A stretch of DNA of 64,000 nt. Source: Pirellulales bacterium (GTDB taxonomy: Bacteria; Planctomycetota; Planctomycetia; Pirellulales; JAICIG01). A program made the position numbers and the translations under genes. Positions 59,298-64,000 of this stretch are shown here, one piece after another (within the stretch, counting starts at the first letter, position 1; each line of letters starts with the position of its first letter). Location of the stretch: assembly GCA_040901675.1 (NCBI GenBank), contig JBBDYJ010000038.1, positions 64,001 through 128,000 on the forward strand, given 5' to 3'. The notes beneath the pieces are model-generated. The model ran no database searches and was not told the DNA's origin. It worked only from the letters and a program-made list of their open reading frames with translations.

Positions 59298-62093
59298 TCA
59301 ACCCTCGCCAAACGCCCTGTCCACCAGTTCCTTTTGCTCAAGCTTGTGGCTGCTGGCCGACCCGGTGGCCGGACTGGCCGAAGCAGGGCGATAGATGCCG
59401 GAAAACGGCAGCCGGGAGAACAGCCCGCCGCAATAGCGGGCCTTCAAGTACCGCCAGGCGCCCATGTTTTCCGGCTCTTCCTGCACCCACAGCACGCGGG
59501 TTCCGTCGGGATAACCGACCAGGGCCGACTCCAGCTCCCGTTCCGAAAGTGGGTAGAGTTGCTCGACTCTCACCAGCGCCACGTCGTGCCGCTTGAGCTT
59601 CTCGCGACGCTCGGCCAGATCATAGTAGATCTTGCCGCTGGACAGCAGCACGCGCTGGATCCGGTCGGTCGCTTCCTGCGAGTCGGGGATGATTCGTTGG
59701 AAACCGCCCCCGGCGCACTCGTCGAGAGTCGAGACCGAGCGGGGACTTCGCAGCAGGCTCTTGGGAGTCATGATCACCAGCGGCTTGCGCCAGCAGCACA
59801 GCGACTGCCTCCGCAGGCAATGAAAGTACTGCGCCGGCGTCGTCGGGTTAACGACCTGGATATTGTCGTCGGCGGCGAGGGTCAGGAACCGCTCGAGCCG
59901 CGCGCTGGAGTGTTCCGGCCCCATCCCCTCGAATCCGTGCGGCAGCAGCAGGACCAGGCCGCTCAGCCGCCGCCACTTGATCTCGGCGCTGGCGATGAAC
60001 TGGTCGATGATCACCTGGCCGGCGTTGACGAAATCGCCGAACTGCGCCTCCCACAGCACCAGCCCGTCCGGGCAGTCTAGGCTGTAGCCGTACTCGAAGC
60101 CCAGCACGCCCGCCTCGGACAAAGGGCTGTTGTAGATCTCCACCAGGGCCTGGTTCTCGGCCAGGTGCTGCAAGGGAAAGTACGTGTGTCCGTCCTCGAC
60201 ATCGTGCAGCACGGCGTGCCGCTGGCTGAAGGTGCCCCGTTCGCTGTCCTGGCCGCTCAGCCGAACTCGCACGCAATCGACGGCCAGGCTGGCAAAGGCC
60301 AGCGCCTCGGCGGCCGACCAGTCGAGCGGGCGCTCGCCCCGGGCCATCTGGCGGCGCGTTTCCAGTCCCCGCACGATCTTGGGATGCGGATGAAAATCGT
60401 CCGGCAGCCGGCAAAGCGACTCCAAGAGCTGCGACAGTCGCTCGCGGTCAAAGCCCGTCGAGCGGCCCTCGGGCTCCGGACCACCCTCGTATCCCTTCCA
60501 GACGCCGGCCGGAGCTTCGCTGCGAACAACAAAATCCTTGCTCCGCGCGGCCGACAGCTCCCGCTCCAACTGTTCGCGCCGCACGGCCATGATCCGCTGG
60601 GCCTCGTCGCGCGTCACGCCGCCCAGCTTGAGCAAATGCTCCAGGTAGCCTTCGTGGACGCTCTGCCGCTGGCCAATCGCCCGGTACAGCATCGGCTGCG
60701 TGAAGGCCGGCTCGTCGCCTTCGCTGTGGCCGCGGCGGCGATAGCAGTACATGTCGATCACCACGTCGCGCTGAAAAGCGCGGCGGAAATCCATTGCCAG
60801 CCGCACGACCTGGGCCACCGCCTCGGGGTCCTCGCCGTTGACGTGAAAGATGGGGATCTGCAGCATCTTGGCCACGTCGGTGGCGTACACGCTGGAATGC
60901 GCCTCGGAGGGAGTCGTGGTGAAGCCGATCTGGTTGTTCACCACGACGTGGATCGTGCCCCCGATGGCGTACCCCTCGAGCTGGCTCAACAGCAGCGTCT
61001 CCTGCACGACCCCCTCGCCGGCAAAGGCCGCGTCGCCGTGGATCAACAGCGCCATGCCTCGCGCCCGCTGGTAGTCGCCGGCGCGGTCTTGCTTGGCCCG
61101 CACCCGCCCCAGGGCCACGGGGTTGACGTATTCCAGGTGGCTGGGGTTGAAGCAGAGCGAAAGGTGGACGCTGCGCCCCTGCTGCGTGGTCCAGTCGCTG
61201 CTGTAGCCCAGGTGATACTTGACGTCGCCGCGGCCCAGGTGCAGCTCGGGGTCCACGTCCTCGAACTCGCGGAAGATGGCCTGCGGTATCTTGCCCAGGA
61301 TGTTGGCCAGAACGTTGAGCCGGCCGCGGTGGGCCATCGCCAGGACGATCTCCTCGATTCCCTGGTCGCCGGCCTTCTCGATCGCCAGGTCCAACAACGG
61401 GATCAGGCTCTCGGCCCCTTCCAGCGAAAAGCTCTTGGCGCCGATGTATTTCTTCTGGATGAACTCCTCGAAGATAAAGGCGTCCGTCAGCCGCGTCAGG
61501 ATGCGGAGCTGCTCCTGCCGGCCGAGCTCGAGGCGGTTCTGCGTCGCTTCCATCCGGTCCTGCAGCCAACCCCGCACGCTCAAGTCGTCGATGTGCATGA
61601 ATTGCACGCCGATCGATCGGCAGTACGTGTTGCGCAGGTGCTCGATGATCTGCCGCAGCGGCAGCGTGTCCGGCCCCGGGATGGTGGCAATCGAGAAGTG
61701 CCGATCCATGTCGGCCTCGGTCAGCCGGTAGAACTCCGGGTCGAGTTCCGGCTGGTAAGGCCTGGGCAAGCCCAACGGGTCGATCCGGGCGATCATGTGT
61801 CCTCGCACCCGGTAGGCCCGGATCAACTGGTCCACCCGATCCTGCAGGGCCGCCACCTCGGCCACCGGCATGGCACCATCGGCCGCTACGCGGGGACGGG
61901 GGTTGAAGATGCTGGCTCGGCGGAACGACGGGCGCAAGCGCCCATCGGAGGGGCGATGTCCGTTGGTCGGCAAGCGCTCGAAGTAAGCCCGCCACTCCGG
62001 GTCGATCGACGCCGGATCGCGCAGGAAATCCTCGTACAGGCCTTCGACAAACGGCAGGCTGAGGCTGCTCGGCGAGGGATCTGTGGCACTCAT
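59298..62093 (-). CDS. sucA: 2-oxoglutarate dehydrogenase E1
   Basis: [42 protein letters not shown]. Confidence 0.96.
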   Translation of the reverse strand: MSATDPSPSSLSLPFVEGLYEDFLRDPASIDPEWRAYFERLPTNGHRPSDGRLRPSFRRASIFNPRPRVAADGAMPVAEVAALQDRVDQLIRAYRVRGHMIARIDPLGLPRPYQPELDPEFYRLTEADMDRHFSIATIPGPDTLPLRQIIEHLRNTYCRSIGVQFMHIDDLSVRGWLQDRMEATQNRLELGRQEQLRILTRLTDAFIFEEFIQKKYIGAKSFSLEGAESLIPLLDLAIEKAGDQGIEEIVLAMAHRGRLNVLANILGKIPQAIFREFEDVDPELHLGRGDVKYHLGYSSDWTTQQGRSVHLSLCFNPSHLEYVNPVALGRVRAKQDRAGDYQRARGMALLIHGDAAFAGEGVVQETLLLSQLEGYAIGGTIHVVVNNQIGFTTTPSEAHSSVYATDVAKMLQIPIFHVNGEDPEAVAQVVRLAMDFRRAFQRDVVIDMYCYRRRGHSEGDEPAFTQPMLYRAIGQRQSVHEGYLEHLLKLGGVTRDEAQRIMAVRREQLERELSAARSKDFVVRSEAPAGVWKGYEGGPEPEGRSTGFDRERLSQLLESLCRLPDDFHPHPKIVRGLETRRQMARGERPLDWSAAEALAFASLAVDCVRVRLSGQDSERGTFSQRHAVLHDVEDGHTYFPLQHLAENQALVEIYNSPLSEAGVLGFEYGYSLDCPDGLVLWEAQFGDFVNAGQVIIDQFIASAEIKWRRLSGLVLLLPHGFEGMGPEHSSARLERFLTLAADDNIQVVNPTTPAQYFHCLRRQSLCCWRKPLVIMTPKSLLRSPRSVSTLDECAGGGFQRIIPDSQEATDRIQRVLLSSGKIYYDLAERREKLKRHDVALVRVEQLYPLSERELESALVGYPDGTRVLWVQEEPENMGAWRYLKARYCGGLFSRLPFSGIYRPASASPATGSASSHKLEQKELVDRAFGEG

Positions 62094-62281
62094 CGGCTTC
62101 TCCTACACCAGGATACGGCGCGATCCGTTTTCCGGACAGAGGAGGTAATTTGGGAAATCTGGCGCGGCTGCGGGCCGCCGGCACCGGCCTACCGCCTTTC
62201 CTGACCGGAACAGACTGTGCCAGCGGAGTTTTCGGGAAGGTTCATCTGGGCCGGGCCGTGGCAGCCGGCCGATAAGAAACG

Positions 62282-63535
62282 ATGCCATACCCGTCTGGAC
62301 CGCAAAGCGGCCACGCGGCGGCGCCCCGGCTCGCTGGACGCGAACCGGGCAGAAGCAAGGACTCCAGGGACGGCTCCACCGTGTTCGACCGTTGGCCGAG
62401 GCGCTTTCGCCCCCCCGCGTATAGTAGCAGGCACTCTCCGTGTGCCGTGGCCGCGTATAGTAGCAGGCACACTCCGTGTGCCGTGGCTCGTGCGGTGGGC
62501 ATCCCCAGCAGCCGCCAAGCGCGGGCGGCGGGCCTGGCTTGGTTCGTCGCCCTGTCGGCCTGGATTTCGCCGGCCGCGGCCCAGGTCGCCGACGTGCAGG
62601 CGATGGAAGTAATCGACGTCCGCCTGCTCCATCAAGGCGGCCCGCCGGCCGTGGTCAGCTCCGTGGCGATCAGCCCCGACGGGCTGGTGTTGGCCACCGG
62701 AGGCGACGACCACCTGGTGCGGCTGTGGAATGTCGTCGACGGCAAGTTGATGCACGCCTTGCGGTTCCATACCGACTGGGTCCGCGCGGCGGCGTTCGAC
62801 CCGGCCGGAGAGCGGCTGGCTTCAGCCGGCGAAGACCGCAAGATCGTCCTTTGGGATGCATCGAGCGGGCGGCCGATCCGGACTCTCGCCAGCCCCGAGG
62901 CGGTCTATAGTTTGGCCTTCAGCCCCGATGGCTTGCTGTTGGCGGCGGCCGGGTTCTCCGACAAGCTCCGCCTGTACAACAGCCATTCGGGCGTGCTGGT
63001 GCGCGAGTTCGAGTGCCCCTGTTCCGATACGCGTGTGTTGGCGGTGTCGCCCGACGGCAGGCTGCTGGCAGCCGGAGGCCGTAACGGGCAGGTGCGCATT
63101 TGGCCGTTGACCGGCGAGAGCCCGCCAAGAACCATCCAGGCCGACCGGCGGCGGATTCGCGCGCTGGCCTTCGCGCCGGATTCGAGCCGCCTGGCTACCG
63201 CGGGAGACGGCGACAAGATCCGCCTTTGGGACACCGTTACCTGGGACGTGGCGGCGACTCTGACCAGCGGGCACGGACGCACGTTGTCGCTTGTTTTCTG
63301 TGGCCCGGACCGGCTGGCTTCGGGGGGCAGTAACAACTTGATCGAGGTATGGGACCTGGCCGCCGGCGCCGTGGAGTTGCGGCTGGTTGGGCACGTCGGC
63401 ACCGTCACTTCGCTGGTTTTTCACGCTCAGAGCAGCCTGTTGGCTTCGGGCAGCTTCGACACGACGGCCCGGCTCTGGAACCTCGGCACGACGCCGCCGG
63501 TTCGCCAGGCCGCCGAGCCGAGGTTGATTCGCTAG
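62282..63535 (+). CDS. WD40-repeat protein (start uncertain; 5' part contains two REP-like copies)
   Basis: ISPDG...LWN, HTDWV, SGSFDTTARLWN. Confidence 0.85.
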   Translation: MPYPSGPQSGHAAAPRLAGREPGRSKDSRDGSTVFDRWPRRFRPPAYSSRHSPCAVAAYSSRHTPCAVARAVGIPSSRQARAAGLAWFVALSAWISPAAAQVADVQAMEVIDVRLLHQGGPPAVVSSVAISPDGLVLATGGDDHLVRLWNVVDGKLMHALRFHTDWVRAAAFDPAGERLASAGEDRKIVLWDASSGRPIRTLASPEAVYSLAFSPDGLLLAAAGFSDKLRLYNSHSGVLVREFECPCSDTRVLAVSPDGRLLAAGGRNGQVRIWPLTGESPPRTIQADRRRIRALAFAPDSSRLATAGDGDKIRLWDTVTWDVAATLTSGHGRTLSLVFCGPDRLASGGSNNLIEVWDLAAGAVELRLVGHVGTVTSLVFHAQSSLLASGSFDTTARLWNLGTTPPVRQAAEPRLIR

Positions 63536-63585
63536 CCGACATGCCGCCGGCGCGCAAACGACCCTATCGAGCAGGGAGGTACCGG

Positions 63586-64000
63586 ATGGGTCTACTATCA
63601 GGCAGACACTCGGGGTGGCGCTGGCTTGGCCGGCGGCCGGACGCCGGGGCCAAATCTGACGAGCGGCGGGCCTGCCGGCTGGAGCAGATGGAGCCGCGGC
63701 GACTGCTGGCCGCCGATATCCAGTTGGGCACCGTCTACTTTGAGGATGCCGGCGGCGACGACATCGTGCCCGACACGTTTCATGTCACCTGGCAGGGTGG
63801 CGCGCCGGGCACCGAGCTGACTCGCCTGGTCATCGACACGGACAAGCTGGGCGACGGGCTGACGATCGGCGACACGTTCTTCGACACGGCCTCCGGCGGA
63901 TTGGGTGCCTTCCGGTCGGCGCCCCTGACGCTGGTTTCGCACGGCGGATTCCAGGTAACGAGCGTCAGCGTGGCCGACGGGGGCACCACGCTCATCTTCA
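63586..64000 (+). CDS. 5' part of a planctomycete extracellular LEPR-XLL-type protein (runs off the window)
   Basis: GGAGG RBS; MGLLSGRHSG...CRLEQMEPRRLLAADIQLGTVYFED; frame open to the window end. Confidence 0.75.
   Translation, partial: MGLLSGRHSGWRWLGRRPDAGAKSDERRACRLEQMEPRRLLAADIQLGTVYFEDAGGDDIVPDTFHVTWQGGAPGTELTRLVIDTDKLGDGLTIGDTFFDTASGGLGAFRSAPLTLVSHGGFQVTSVSVADGGTTLIF

Overview
High-GC bacterial DNA, very likely from a planctomycete (DUF1501 genes, a PSD1/planctomycete cytochrome c gene, a LEPR-XLL-type secreted protein). Most of the window is housekeeping: xylB, prpB/prpC, polX, ispD, tyrS, sucA-sucB-lpdA and a NeuB-type surface-glycan cluster. The standout is a ~18.5 kb island (3.7-22.2 kb) that the ORF track fragments because of in-frame TGA codons. 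Read as selenocysteine (U), three split ORFs become complete proteins with U exactly at Cys-motif positions: a HEAT/redoxin protein (U-P-V-C), a secreted thioredoxin-like/WD40 protein (C-Y-R-U) and a lipoprotein heavy-metal-associated domain with two TGAs (GMT-U-PFG-U). They are interleaved with a Tat-exported Cys-rich precursor, a DUF692 (MNIO) oxidase and its partner, a DUF3179 protein, an RND efflux pump, an ECF sigma/anti-sigma pair and a Crp-family regulator. Crp-type boxes precede each selenoprotein gene, and a 71-bp promoter-like element is shared by the two convergent arms. I infer a selenium-using metal (probably copper)/redox-handling system coupled to an MNIO-modified peptide; no Sec machinery (selA/B/C/D) is visible in this window, so this needs confirming. 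Also present: an IS1-like terminal-repeat cassette with no transposase, an HTH-peptidase/PIN module, and many REP-like and short tandem repeats, several translated in frame inside genes. All family assignments are from motif recognition by eye; no database searches were run.
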